A stretch of 63,763 bases of DNA, the filler included, from Octopus bimaculoides (taxonomy: Eukaryota): the NCBI RefSeq assembly GCF_001194135.2. It is 8 parts of 7 records of this genome, joined end to end, with 100 filler letters (N's around TTAATTAATTAA, not from the genome) between each part and the next. Parts side by side here need not be neighbours in the genome. Positions count along the whole stretch, not along the records: positions 26,070 to 40,968 come from NC_069009.1; positions 41,069 to 54,345 come from NC_068985.1; 6 more parts are not named here. The stretch is one strand, 5' to 3'. Of this stretch, positions 39,113-53,134 are shown piece by piece (the stretch's first letter is position 1; each line of letters starts with the position of its first letter). The position numbers and the translations under genes are program-made. A model generated the notes under the pieces. It was not told where the DNA came from. It searched no databases and saw only the letters and a program-made list of their open reading frames with translations.

Positions 39113-39919
39113 NNNNNNNNNNNNNNNNNNNNNNNNNNNNNNNNNNNNNNNNNNNNNNNNNNNNNNNNNNNNNNNNNNNNNNNNNNNNNNNNNNNNNNNN
39201 NNNNNNNNNNNNNNNNNNNNNNNNNNNNNNNNNNNNNNNNNNNNNNNNNNNNNNNNNNNNNNNNNNNNNNNNNNNNNNNNNNNNNNNNNNNNNNNNNNNN
39301 NNNNNNNNNNNNNNNNNNNNNNNNNNNNNNNNNNNNNNNNNNNNNNNNNNNNNNNNNNNNNNNNNNNNNNNNNNNNNNNNNNNNNNNNNNNNNNNNNNNN
39401 NNNNNNNNNNNNNNNNNNNNNNNNNNNNNNNNNNNNNNNNNNNNNNNNNNNNNNNNNNNNNNNNNNNNNNNNNNNNNNNNNNNNNNNNNNNNNNNNNNNN
39501 NNNNNNNNNNNNNNNNNNNNNNNNNNNNNNNNNNNNNNNNNNNNNNNNNNNNNNNNNNNNNNNNNNNNNNNNNNNNNNNNNNNNNNNNNNNNNNNNNNNN
39601 NNNNNNNNNNNNNNNNNNNNNNNNNNNNNNNNNNNNNNNNNNNNNNNNNNNNNNNNNNNNNNNNNNNNNNNNNNNNNNNNNNNNNNNNNNNNNNNNNNNN
39701 NNNNNNNNNNNNNNNNNNNNNNNNNNNNNNNNNNNNNNNNNNNNNNNNNNNNNNNNNNNNNNNNNNNNNNNNNNNNNNNNNNNNNNNNNNNNNNNNNNNN
39801 NNNNNNNNNNNNNNNNNNNNNNNNNNNNNNNNNNNNNNNNNNNNNNNNNNNNNNNNNNNNNNNNNNNNNNNNNNNNNNNNNNNNNNNNNNNNNNNNNNNN
39901 NNNNNNNNNNNNNNNNNNA

Positions 39920-40280
39920 TACCAGCAGATGACAACGTCTCTCTAAAAGAAATGGAAAAACTTTCAAAATACAAAGTCCTGGAAATAGAGGTAACTCGAA
40001 TGTGGAATCTAAAAACAGAAACAATTCCTATCATAGTAGGTGCCTTAGGTATAATTAAAAAAATATTCAGACAAATACATAACAAAAACACCAAGGACTT
40101 ACAAATATATCTAACATACAGAAAATTGCACTACTGGGCACTGCACACATCCTACCCAAAACACTTTCAATACAGTAAACATAAGAGCACCACAGCAAAC
40201 CACAGCACATACCCAAGGCGCACAGAGCTGCACTCGGTAGTGAAGTGAAAGCAAGTTATAAATATAAAACTACTGAACAA

Positions 40281-40321
<41 letters not shown>

Positions 40322-40340
40322 ATACTAATACTACTAATAC

Positions 40341-40425
<85 letters not shown>
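39920..40425 (+). mobile_element. R4/Dong-like 3' end with (TAC)n(TAA)n tail
   Basis: Contains EKLSKYKVLEIEVTRMWNLKTETIPIIVGALG, then the 3' UTR and microsatellite tail. Confidence 0.85.
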
Positions 40426-40426
<1 letters not shown>

Positions 40427-40428
<2 letters not shown>

Positions 40429-40950
40429 TGCCCGGATGCAGTACCAGGCAGTGGCTCTCATGACTTCTGATCTTAATCGATTGGAAGTGTTATCATGCAC
40501 TTTGTTTTGTCTTGGTATAAAAGATGGGCTATTGCAAATATTCTGCTCAATATCACAGATTTGTTTGACCTTAACCAGTTGAGTATGTCCCTTGGTGGCT
40601 GACCATATGTGCATCTCTGATCATGAGCAGAAGTAATGGGGGGAGCACCATAGCCATTTGTGGCGAGGAATTCTTTAGTGTTTGAATAATTCACCTTTGG
40701 AAACATGGGTATTTTTTCTCAACATCCGTAAACAAACCTTATTTAGGGACCTTTTGAGCGGGATAGGCTACTCGAACTGAAGAAAATTCTAACTGGGCCC
40801 CACCTGCGAAGTCATGCGCTGTTTATCTTGATACGAGATCACCATGTCGCGCACAGTTGGTTGGGTTGCATGTGCTTGGTGTACCCTTATCAGACGGTAT
40901 ATTTTACCCCAGTGTCACTTTGATGGCATGCACTGGTCTCTCAGTCAATG
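40427..40950 (+). mobile_element. Non-coding dispersed repeat of about 520 bp flanked by (TAA)n-like tracts
   Basis: Begins TGCCCGGATGCAGTACCAGGCAGTGGCTCTC immediately after (TAA)n and ends CTCTCAGTCAATGATGATAATAAT. A reverse copy lies at 38640-38990. Confidence 0.65.
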
Positions 40951-41482
40951 ATGATAATAATATAAATANNNNNNNNNNNNNNNNNNNNNNNNNNNNNNNN
41001 NNNNNNNNNNNNTTAATTAATTAANNNNNNNNNNNNNNNNNNNNNNNNNNNNNNNNNNNNNNNNNNNNATGCATATATGTATATATATATGTGTGTGTGT
41101 GTGTGTGTATGTGTGTGTTTATGTGTGTGTGTGCGTGTGTGTGTGTGTGTGTTTGTGTGAGTCTGTGTGTATGTATGTATATATATATATATTCAATCCA
41201 AACATGAACAAGCTAAGAAAAAACACGAATAAACAACAACGCGAGAACGTGGAATAAGTAGAGTGTTATTGGACGCTCATGAACGGAAGGAAAAGAAAGA
41301 GGATTTCACGTTTCGAGCGGAGCTCTTCATCAGGAATATAGAAAAATTCCAAAGAACGGTAGACGGAGAAAGAAAATCGTCAACGAAACACACGCGGTCA
41401 AGTGTACACATATATACTTTATATATACTTACACATACACACACAGCACACACTCACACACACTCACAAACAAACACACACA

Positions 41483-41693
41483 CATTAGAGAGTGCTGAAA
41501 ACTTCTTGGCTTCAATGGAATGTCGGAAGGCCTGGCTAGAGACCAAACCTTCCGTGTTCTTTTACAGGGCTTAGAAGATCTACTGAAATGTGTCTGAATC
41601 TGAGAGGGGAGTTTGTTGAATAAAATCATACTTAACTGATCCTCCTTTATTTTCTTTTACCCAAAACCACGAACTTTTATGCACTCCCTCGTG
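41483..41693 (-). mobile_element. Mariner-derived MITE, third copy
   Basis: Reverse-orientation homologue of 4209-4430 (GTGCTGAAAACTTCTTGGCTT ... CCCAAAACCACGAACTTTTATGCACTCCCTCGTG). Confidence 0.7.
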
Positions 41694-41784
41694 TATGTAT
41701 GTATGTATGTATGTATGTATGTATGTATGTGTGTATGTATATTTGTATAGATATATAGACTATGTTCACTACAGCTTCATATAC

Positions 41785-42049
41785 TCTTTTACTCTTACTC
41801 TTTTACTCTTTTACTTGTCTCAGTTATTTGACTGCAGCCATGTTGGAGCACCGTCTTCAGTCGAGCAAATCGACCCAGGACTTATTCTTTGGAAGCCTAG
41901 TACTTATTCTATCGGTCACTTTTGCCGAACCGCTAAGTTACGAGGACGTAAACACACCACCATCGGTTGCCAAGCGATATTGGGGGTGGGGTGGGGAAAC
42001 ACAGACACACAAACATANNNNNNNNNNNNNNNNNNNNNNNNNNNNNNNN

Positions 42050-42083
<34 letters not shown>

Positions 42084-42245
42084 GACAGGCTTCTTTCAGT
42101 TTCCGTCTACCAAATCCGCTCACAAGGCTTTGGTCGGCTCGAGGCTATAGTAGAAGACACTTGCCCAAGGTGCCACGCAGTGGGAATGAACATGGAACCA
42201 TGCGGTTGGTGAGCAAGCTACTTACCACACAGCCACTCATGCGCC
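41785..42245 (-). mobile_element. tRNA-headed SINE, CpG-retaining
   Basis: Reverse homologue of 2391-2818. Confidence 0.8.
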
Positions 42246-43379
42246 TATGAGGAAAATTCTATTAAAGCTGATATGTTACTAATTAGACGAGTGTTGCGAA
42301 CAAATGTTTCTGACTTAGCTATCATTAGCGCGAAACTTGCCCTAATTTTGCCTCAGAAAGCTTTGGGCCTTCTATTTCTCGAGTTTGACTACCTTTATTT
42401 TAACCACCACATATCTTTTTGAGTTAGTTTTTGCCCTCCTATCTCTAACAGGTTCTTCTGGATTGCGGATAATGTCTTTAACCACATCGCCACCTCCATG
42501 CCCTGTTACTAGGTATTTTTATTAAAATATAAAATAGATCAATAATTAACTAGGTTCATATATCCGATATTTTCGAAATAGATCATATATGAGAATATAA
42601 CGCCGTTGGTGTATAGTTAATAAAAACTATATATAATATTATATTTAGTTTCTAAATTCAAACACAACCAAAGCCAATTTTTCTTTTGGGTTCAATGAAG
42701 CGGATATGAATAATTCGGTTGAATTCATTCAATCGATAACTTTATCGTTGCTTTTCGTGTGCGTTGTCTGTGTATATAGCTGTGTGAGTATGACTATATA
42801 TATATATATATATGTTCAACGTTTTCTCTGTATGCCATCTTGGTTTAATAGAACTTTCTGTGCGTGTAACGTCATGTTGGCACGCGTAGTGTCATTAATT
42901 TATCTAGTACATTCGACACTTTTATAAAACGAGTGTGGTGTGTTTGAAGGGCGATTTTGGCTGTTTCTTCTAGCACGTCAAACGACCGCATATATGTTTT
43001 ATAGTTTGTTCGTGTAATTATTTCATTGCGTGTGGTTTCGTGCTGTGTTTATTATTCGAGTCTGTTTACTTGTCGCTTTGGTCACGTGGAACAAATCGAA
43101 TGCAGGCTCTCAAAGATATTATTAGTGCGACTCTAATGATGGTATTCAACAGAGTTGTGTGTGATATTTTGTATAAAGATCTGGTGATAACAGATAACAG
43201 CAAGAATCTACTGGACATTCCCTTTATCTGCATTTCGGTTTAATATCGTTCAAAAATGGACGTCCCTCTAACCATGGTTACTGGAAATGTATGGCAAACA
43301 TTCAAACATCTTGGTACACTCCCTGTGTTCCTTCCTTCCGGGATAATATCTGATCTATGTCGAACTTGACTACTCAGGT

Positions 43380-43404
43380 TCTTCTTTTTCTTCTTCTTCT
43401 TCTT

Positions 43405-43482
<78 letters not shown>

Positions 43483-43546
43483 TTTATAATTATTATTATT
43501 CTCCTCCTCCTCCTTCTCCTTCTTTTTTTTTCTTCTTCTTTTTCTT

Positions 43547-43609
<63 letters not shown>

Positions 43610-43790
43610 TTCCCTTTCTCCTCCTCCTCCTTCTTCTTTTTCTTCTTTTACTCCTCCTCCTTCTTCATCCTCTACTTCTCTCACGCTCTTTCTCCACACA
43701 TACACACACATACATACATACATGTATATACATACACACACACGTACACATACACGTACACATACAGTCACGCACATATATACATACGTA
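43380..43790. repeat. Compound (CTT)/(ATT)/(CCT)/(CA) microsatellite
   Basis: Directly visible in the sequence. Confidence 0.9.
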
Positions 43791-43799
43791 CATGTGGAT

Positions 43800-44490
43800 C
43801 TCTGCCGTTATTGAAGTTTCACATTTAAATAACATTTCCACGGTTTCAAATACCACGGAACCTAACAATTCATTTTCACTAAGAGGTTCCTATGTGGATA
43901 TCTTGTAGACATCATTGATGGAATCTGTCCAACTCCTTGACTATCAGTGCTGTCACCTTACCGACTATTTCACCACCATAGCTTACTGTTGGTAAAACTA
44001 ATGCTGTGTATGGCATGGTCTTTATTGCGGTAATGATACATGCATACGCTGGAATATCACTCCTGCCTTCCTAAACCTATTCCACAAAATGTTCAATATA
44101 TGCATCACCGTTGATCACAACGCTCAGCTAAGAGAAAATGTCCAAATATTCCACTACTTTGTGACCAATGAAAATGGGAGTTTGAACGGTAGATAATACC
44201 ATAGCCACACCTCCATCTCTCGGCCGATTTTCTAGAATTTTATATCAAAATAATATACATGTACTATACCATGGACTTGTAATTGGAATATGGTAGAAAA
44301 GAATCGCAAGGCGGATTCTTCAATTCGAACTTACTGGTAGGAGACCAAGGGATAGACCTAGACATGCTTGGTCGGATATTGTCCTTAAACTCGGTTTGGG
44401 GAATGCTGAAGTTAAGTGGAATGATTGTTACTTCTGAGAGAGCACTTTGAACGTGGTGTCTAAGGGCTCTAACCCAAAGACACTCCGACG
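43800..44490. mobile_element. Old RTE LINE with an inverted 5' segment
   Basis: Minus 43800-44190 reads PIFIGHKVVEYLD..YTALVLPTVSYGGE..ELDRFHQ*CL. Plus 44255-44490 reads RIARRILQFELTGRRPRDRPRHAWSD. Confidence 0.65.
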
Positions 44491-44899
44491 AAGACTAAGC
44501 GACAAAGATATACGAAGTGCACTCCAGAAGTTTTAACAGTTCTTTCAGAAGAGACATTTATTAATTTCAAAGTTATTTTATCTCTTGAAAGGTGGGCTGG
44601 TTTCAACTGAATTCACTTTTAGTAACGTTAAAGCCACCGTCCTAAAGACAACATCGAAGTTCTCTAATGTGACGTTGTTCAGGCTCCTTGACAGAGTTCA
44701 CTCCATCTTCAAAAGAACTGACCCCGATGTTCGCCTTCAGCCTGGTGAACGACGAAATGCTAGAGACCATTTTGGAAGAGCTGACTAACGATTGTACCTC
44801 AGTATCCTGCCCTAAAATAGTAAGATGTACAAGGTGTACTCCACAACTTTTAAGAGTTTTTCAGTAGAGACATTTATTAATTTCAAAGAAGGTATTTTA

Positions 44900-45447
44900 T
44901 TTCTTGCAAAGCGGTATCATTGGAACTAAATGCATTTGTAGCAGTACAGTTATGTCATGATGGCCCATGGAATGTGTCTAAGACCTTTGCTACTGCCTCC
45001 TTTATTTTCAAAACAATTACCTCTGAAGTTCTCCTTCATCTAGAAGATTGCTCATATTCTCAACCAGTTCTAATGTTTTCAGGCCCGTCATTCCTACACC
45101 TGTTACCGTCTGTCGCCTACTTTCAAACGTTTTGAGCATCTTTGCCAGTGAAAAACAAGTGCTCGGCTTATTCAGGTTAACCCATAAATGGTCTGGAGTG
45201 TTTCCCAAGTGTATTGCGTTTGTCCTGACTACATTCTGCAAACTCGTCAGCTGTGACGAACAGTGTTTACTAGCATGTGTTCAAATTGATATTGCAGCTG
45301 GCACTTTCAATCCCGAATAACAAAATTAAGTTAGCTTATTAAACCTATCGTAATGTTATACTAAAGTTACAATAAACTAGATAATCTCGGACAGTTACAA
45401 CTGCCTCTCTTAAAAAAGTCTGAAAACGTCTGGAACACACCTCACTT
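44900..45447 (-). mobile_element. Mariner 5' relic
   Basis: Starts with a GAGGTGTGTTC TIR-like end. Decayed HTH region GQTQYTWETLQTIYG..ISRALVFHW resembles the mariner N-terminus. Confidence 0.55.
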
Positions 45448-48400
45448 TTATGTATGTATGTATGTATGTATGTATGTATGTATGTTTGGATGGATTGGTG
45501 GACGGATAGAGGAATGGAGAGGCGGTTGGATGAATGGATGTGTGGATAGGTGTGTGGAAGGATAAAACTCATTTTTCAATAAGGCTCAAGTAACCGATAT
45601 TTCAGGAATACATCATAAAAGTTCATGATATTGTAGGAATATAGATAATGATATCTGTATACAATACATTATATACTCTGGAATCTTAAGTTTGGGCATT
45701 AATCTACAACACGTTCAGAATTTTTTCTCCCAGTTAATTACGGACCCCATCCTCTGTGCATGGTCCTCGCTCTTTGTACTCTGTTCTTTTACCTAGCACT
45801 TGTTTCTGCGAACAGTGCAATTTCATTCACAAAAATTCAGATCGCAAATAAATTTCATTATCCTACGCAGCTGTCATGCAGTGCGCCCATTAATTACCAT
45901 TCCTCATTAGAATTCTACTGTTACCAAAAACTATGATGTAAGAAGATGCCATGATGTCAGATGATAATTATGATGCTAAACACAAATTTCAATAGAGAGT
46001 CTCCTTTGTTATCGTTCTGTTTTAGCATTTAACCTACATTCTCAACTTGCATTCTAGTAAATTTCCAGTGTCTTTTAAACTCCTATTTCACTATTTTTCA
46101 ATGCATTCTACTTCATTAATATATACAGACACACATACACACGCACATATACTTGTAAACATATATTCATATTTATACACATACACAAGTATTCGGATAA
46201 ATATTGTACTATATCACTAATTTCGAGAAAGAATGACTGGATGTAAAAAGTTTATATCACCAGAGTTTGAACTGACTGCTAAGTGATGACAAATGCATGT
46301 GTGTCTTTGTGTGTGTGTGTGCGCGCGCGTATGTATACGTGCTCAGATAGGTATGCCGCTAAAATTCCGATTTGAGCAGCAGTTGAAGTCGTGATTTTGT
46401 GAATGCCTTATCCAAAGCTGCTAGAAGTGGCTTTCCCTTGAGTCATATCCTAGAAACAGCTATCAGAGATTATCTCAAACCCTTCTTTGTATAGGCAAAT
46501 TAAATTAAAATCTGAAGTCTTACCAAATTGTTTGCCTTTCCTTTCTACATTTACAAATATACACACACATACACACATATGTATTTGTGTGTATGTATAT
46601 ATNNNNNNNNNNNNNNNNNNNNNNNNNNNNNNNNNNNNNNNNNNNNNNNNNNNNNNNNNNNNNNNNNNNNNNNNNNNNNNNNNNNNNNNNNNNNNNNNNN
46701 NNNNNNNNNNNNNNNNNNNNNNNNNNNNNNNNNNNNNNNNNNNNNNNNNNNNNNNNNNNNNNNNNNNNNNNNNNNNNNNNNNNNNNNNNNNNNNNNNNNN
46801 NNNNNNNNNNNNNNNNNNNNNNNNNNNNNNNNNNNNNNNNNNNNNNNNNNNNNNNNNNNNNNNNNNNNNNNNNNNNNNNNNNNNNNNNNNNNNNNNNNNN
46901 NNNNNNNNNNNNNNNNNNNNNNNNNNNNNNNNNNNNNNNNNNNNNNNNNNNNNNNNNNNNNNNNNNNNNNNNNNNNNNNNNNNNNNNNNNNNNNNNNNNN
47001 NNNNNNNNNNNNNNNNNNNNNNNNNNNNNNNNNNNNNNNNNNNNNNNNNNNNNNNNNNNNNNNNNNNNNNNNNNNNNNNNNNNNNNNNNNNNNNNNNNNN
47101 NNNNNNNNNNNNNNNNNNNNNNNNNNNNNNNNNNNNNNNNNNNNNNNNNNNNNNNNNNNNNNNNNNNNNNNNNNNNNNNNNNNNNNNNNNNNNNNNNNNN
47201 NNNNNNNNNNNNNNNNNNNNNNNNNNNNNNNNNNNNNNNNNNNNNNNNNNNNNNNNNNNNNNNNNNNNNNNNNNNNNNNNNNNNNNNNNNNNNNNNNNNN
47301 NNNNNNNNNNNNNNNNNNNNNNNNNNNNNNNNNNNNNNNNNNNNNNNNNNNNNNNNNNNNNNNNNNNNNNNNNNNNNNNNNNNNNNNNNNNNNNNNNNNN
47401 NNNNNNNNNNNNNNNNNNNNNNNNNNNNNNNNNNNNNNNNNNNNNNNNNNNNNNNNNNNNNNNNNNNNNNNNNNNNNNNNNNNNNNNNATATATATATAT
47501 ATATATATACATATATATTAACGTTGTTAACCACACATACTTAACGCTCATGCTTTGTGTATTTGCCAGTAAGCTGTTATTCGAGAGGTGAAGAATACTC
47601 TCCCAAAGCGCGGAGTGTTAAAACACCTTAGAGTCATGGACAGGCGAGATAATTCACCTTCAATCCTGAGGAGGGGTGATGGACATCGATGTTACGCCAG
47701 TTTTCGTGGCTTGCCAACATCAAGTGCCCGACAAGATCGGTGATAAACTACCTCACCAGTTCCCGACTTACATGTTCGTGGCATGCAAACCATGGGTGTG
47801 TATGCCCGGATAATGCATACGTAGGAATAAATTCAAATATGAATTACTATAGTGTAATAAACATTATCCATCTCATATACTTTTACATACGGCGTTACTG
47901 TTGGATTCAACCCTCTAACAATTCACGTGCAGTGAATATACAGAAGTATACATTTGATTTTGAAGGATAGTCTGAGAAAATACCATACAGGACACTACGC
48001 AAGTTTGTTCGACCATTGTATTATTAGAGGCATGAAACTAACATTACCTCGCATCTAAATCCTGTTTGTATTAAAAGATATTTATCTCTTACTGGACGGA
48101 GTACTTTTTTGTAAATCCCACGAATAACAGAACTGTATACTATATATATATNNNNNNNNNNNNNNNNNNNNNNNNNNNNNNNNNNNNNNNNNNNNNNNNN
48201 NNNNNNNNNNNNNNNNNNNNNNNNNNNNATATGTATATGTATATGGAAAGGAGAGAGAGGAGAGAGAGAGAGAGAAAAATAGATTCCATTAACGCTTATT
48301 TATATATCGACAATATATATCATATGCGCTGAATGAATTTCTGCGTATTGGATATTATATTTACAATCTGCATTAAGCTACTATTATAAGATATTGTCAT

Positions 48401-50797
48401 CAATTAGCTGTCAATTCAGATCCTGGTGATTTTAACATCCATTTGTGGCATTCTGGAATATAGTGATACATTGCAGCATTTATCTGAATTTACCCATAAA
48501 CACCGGATGTTTAAATAGAGCCTTCTTGTTACGATGGAGCTGAGTATTTTTGCCAACATCAACAATAGACTCCTAAACGATCCATCAACGACAGTTTATT
48601 TACTTAGTCGATCGTTCTGTCAGAAATGGCAGTTAAAATTCCATCAAATCATGACACATGCTTTTAAAAATGCAGTTGTTGTAAATAATTATTTTTAGAT
48701 ACTCCTGAGAGGATGGGATAGTCATGGCTGGAGTACTTTTGGTTATATGTCTCGTCAATCATGGTTGACTCGGGGCTAAACAACAACAGGAAACTAATGA
48801 AATAAAGCAAAGATATATGCCCTATACAATCACTCAACATGGTATACAGAGCATAAAAAACGAACCCAAAATTTTACAAGACTAGCTTAAAATAGGTATA
48901 ACATACCAAGATGTTCGTTGCTGAACATCGTTGCACTTATTTCTATACAGTTCTGAAGTAAGGGGTAAACCACAAACTAAACAACCACGAACTAATGAAA
49001 AAAAGTATCAAAGATTCAATTTCAAAAAGCATGTGAAATAGAGATTCATTTGAAATCATTCTTTACTGGCGAAAGGAACTATATCGTTTTAAAATCCTTC
49101 AGGGTTTATTGTTTGGTACTTTGGATCGTAGAAATTCTAGAATCAGGATAGAGGGCGATATCAATTTTAATGTTGATTAATTGTATTCATGAAAGTTCAA
49201 TTGAATTGAGTAACTATATAGCATTGAAGACGCATCAGTGCAACTTAGCTTATTTATATGTGTACAGGCACACCCCTACACGTTCACTAACACACATTAT
49301 TACATACGTATAATAAGATTTGAATAAAAAAGAATACGTCAAATTATATTTTGTACTATACTGTTTGTGGCGCCAACAATGCAAGGGATCTTTTATCTTT
49401 TATTGTTTATCGGTTTAAACCAGAAGCTGGGGTCATGCTGGAGCATTACCTTACGTTGATGTTCATATTCACTTCGATGTACACGCGCACTTTTAGCGTA
49501 TTGATTAAAACATTCAGTCACACATGTATTCACAAATGCATGAAAACATACATACATACATCTAAACGGATGGGCATATGCACCACATAAATAAACATTA
49601 ACACATACATACACATATGTTATTGGCATGAGCATTTGTCTGCATATATATGAATAAATATTTACTCGCACATACGCATATCCATATATTTATATAGGCA
49701 TACATTCGTACGTATGTGTGTATTCTTATATACCTGCGCTCAATTATGCACATACAAATAATTATCCTATTCTTATTAGAAAACGGCAAATTACATTTCC
49801 TAATATCCACTGATATGAAACACACACAAGCAATCTCATGCACTCAATCAGATTCACACACCTACACACACATTCACACAAAACGCAATCACACACACAC
49901 ACACCCGTCCATTCACAAGTTTGAAGCATAATGGATCTTAAACAAACAATAAAGAGTTTAGTAATATCCTGACACACATATATAGACTCATATGAAGTAA
50001 AATGAATATAATTGATTCACCTATATTCAGATGTAGATATAGATGCACATGTAGGCATATATTCCCTATGCCCTCACATTCGTACACTATATGCCCAATG
50101 AAATGAGCCTTCACGCTCTCTCACATTCACACACATATACATGCATACACACTTGAATTAACACAGATACACACACAAACATACAGATATATACGAAGTG
50201 ATGACACTCATTTTTGAAAATTGCTTGACACTAACACTCAAGCAAAGAAGCACATACGGACACACAGACATTCGTGTATGCATGGAGACTTAGAATCGCA
50301 TCCGCCTGAGCACACAATTCTCGAAACACCCACAAGTATACAAATAATATTCCCATACATACATGATCACACCGGATAGATCACAAATATACTCATACTC
50401 ATATATACCCATGGATGCATTGCAGCGTTCAGACAATTTTTATTAGAGAAAAAGGCACAGGCAGGATTAGTGAAACGAGCCCTCAGGCAGTTATATGTAT
50501 ACGCATATCCACAAGTTGTTAACGAAACAATATACACATATAGAGGTTTACACACGCAGAAAGAATATGCGCCATATTATGGAATGTGATTGAGGGTATA
50601 TACGACTGATTCACGAGTGGTTTAATGCATGAAGCAGCATTGCTGTCATTGCGCCACTCACCTGTAAAATGCAATTACAATATGCAACGAATAGCGTTGG
50701 ATTATACTGTCAGAAAAGTCTTCTACGTGAACATTGCATTTCATACGACATATATGTACATACATGCATACGCATGCATAACTACTTACATAGTAGC

Positions 50798-50847
<50 letters not shown>

Positions 50848-50860
50848 ATACATACACATG

Positions 50861-50922
<62 letters not shown>

Positions 50923-51789
50923 CGTATGTAAATATATACGCGCGCACACACACACATACACATATACACACACATACACAAACATGAATATACATATGTT
51001 TGCGAGAGAGAGAAGAGTGTAGAACCTAGTAATTCATTCTAAAAACATTTCAAACTAAGCTGAATACACTTCATCGAATTTCCATATCCCGAAAATATTG
51101 AACATTCTAGAAGTTACTAGAATTCTTTGCAAAACCATTTCTCTTCACATATTAGCAATCTATATACCCATTCACTGAATGCTATAATATGCATTCAAAA
51201 TTCTTCTAGCCTATACAAATAGAAAATACAGATATATATTTACATGTGTTTGTATATTGTTATAAGATCTTTACTGTTACGTTATTTTCCTTGAGGCCAA
51301 GGAATTAGTGCCGCATACCAGTATAATTGATCGAGATCTCAGTACCGTTCCGCTACATTCTTCAAAGTAGGCAATTTTCGAGGTGGGCTGACAAGCCGAT
51401 AACATTGCTCCTAGTACTGGACTTAAACTTTATTCTAGCGACCCTGCAGTTAATGGAGACAAAATTGACCTCCAAGGGATATCTACTCAGTATGAAAAAG
51501 ACTAGAAGAAATACTATAAAGCATTTTCTTCGACTTACTACCGATTCTGTATGTTCGCCGCCATAAGTTCGCAGGGCCTGTCTCTCCAAAATCATGACTA
51601 TACAATCGTGCGCACATGCAAATGCGTTATCATTTATATTTTGACGTGAAACAATGCTTACTTAGTATTAGTAATATGATTTATATAGAAGGATAATCAT
51701 GTCATAGTGAAGCACATGCAAGATGATATCAAAAGATTCCCGGGCAAGTTGTGTTCAATAAAAAATAATTTATTTACCTATGTTTTAAC

Positions 51790-52098
51790 ATCAGCTTTTG
51801 TCTGAGCTGCGACTCTGTCGTGCTGTTTGAAGTGCCCGTGCCGCTCGAAACATTGCCTTTTTGCCGTAAGCTTGCCGAAGCATGTTCGATGTGTTTGTAG
51901 ACGATGTTGCAGCTTTCAGCATACATCTGACCATAAAAACCCAAATTTCAGAACTTGTGAAGTAAACACAGCGATGTCACGCGGCACACTGCCTAAAGAA
52001 GGTAACTGCTAGCTCTCCCTGCGTAATCAACTGGGCGTGCTGCCATCTATTGGTGGGGCATGGAGTTAGGCCTGGAATTTTTTGATACCACTTCGTAT
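51790..52098 (-). mobile_element. Mariner 5' relic
   Basis: TACGAAGTGGTATCAAAAAATTCCAGG TIR-like end, plus decayed NMLRQAYGKKAM, which resembles the mariner N-terminal HTH. Confidence 0.6.
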
Positions 52099-52904
52099 AA
52101 ACACTGATGTGCATAAACACGAACGCATACAATAATGCAACAAACAGGAAATGAAATGATAAATAATTAAGAGAAAATAGATAGATTTGGCTTAAAGAGG
52201 TTGTTGCAAATCCCATACTCGTGCATGTACGCAAACTCTCGCAGAATGAAACATATGTAACAGTCATCACACGGTATGTCTTTCACTCTTGATTCGATAA
52301 GAAACAATTATTCTAAATACAACAGTATACCATAAGTTTCCTGATGTGCATAAATAAGTAATTTAGCGCGAATAACCGTTGAAAAAATATATTTTCATGT
52401 AAAGTATTTTTCAAGTGGTTTGAGTGCACTCAGACGTGAGAAGACCTTCCGCTATCACTTCGTCAGCTAAGTATTCGAAATCTGACATTCGATACACTGT
52501 AAGAGTGAAATAATTTTTTCCATAAAAATAGTACCCGATACGCCTACTTATGTGCAGAAAGAATGTTGAAGCTAGAATGCTGATTTCTGCAGCGTCATTT
52601 GTTAAAGTTTAGCTGTCCCAATATTAATAGATGCTCCTAGGTGACGGAACTGAAGGACAAAGAATCGCATGCATCCTACGATCCAGTGGCGTCATTAACA
52701 GTCTATTATGTTTTCATATATGTCAAGAGAAGAATTTTCACCAGGACTATTTCCGCGACGTAAGGTTTTCTATCGTCCAGATGCATCCAAATCTCTTAAA
52801 CACGAATTAACACGAATATATCAGTATATATAGTGAAATAGCTTTCTGTTAAAGATGCATGATGCCCTGGATCTTACACTGCTCATTTAAGCGTGGCTGT
52901 GAAT

Positions 52905-53075
52905 AGGCGCAGGAGTGGTTATGTGGTAAGAAGTTTGCTTCTGAGCCAGATAGCACTGGGTTCTGTCCCACTGCGTGGCATCTTGGGCATGTGTCCTCTA
53001 CTATAGCCTCCGACTAACCAAAGCCTTGTAAGTGGATTTGGTAGCTGGAAACTGAAAGAAATCCGTGGTACACTC
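52905..53075 (+). mobile_element. tRNA-headed SINE 5' half
   Basis: GGCGCAGGAGTGGTTATGTGGTAAG.. head of the same family. Confidence 0.75.
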
Positions 53076-53081
53076 ACACAT

Positions 53082-53128
<47 letters not shown>

Positions 53129-53134
53129 AAGTAG

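Noticed and set aside
47772-47846. Minus-strand 75-nt interval with a gtaagt donor
   Set aside because: The only open frame does not fit an LRR or any recognisable domain; weak acceptor.
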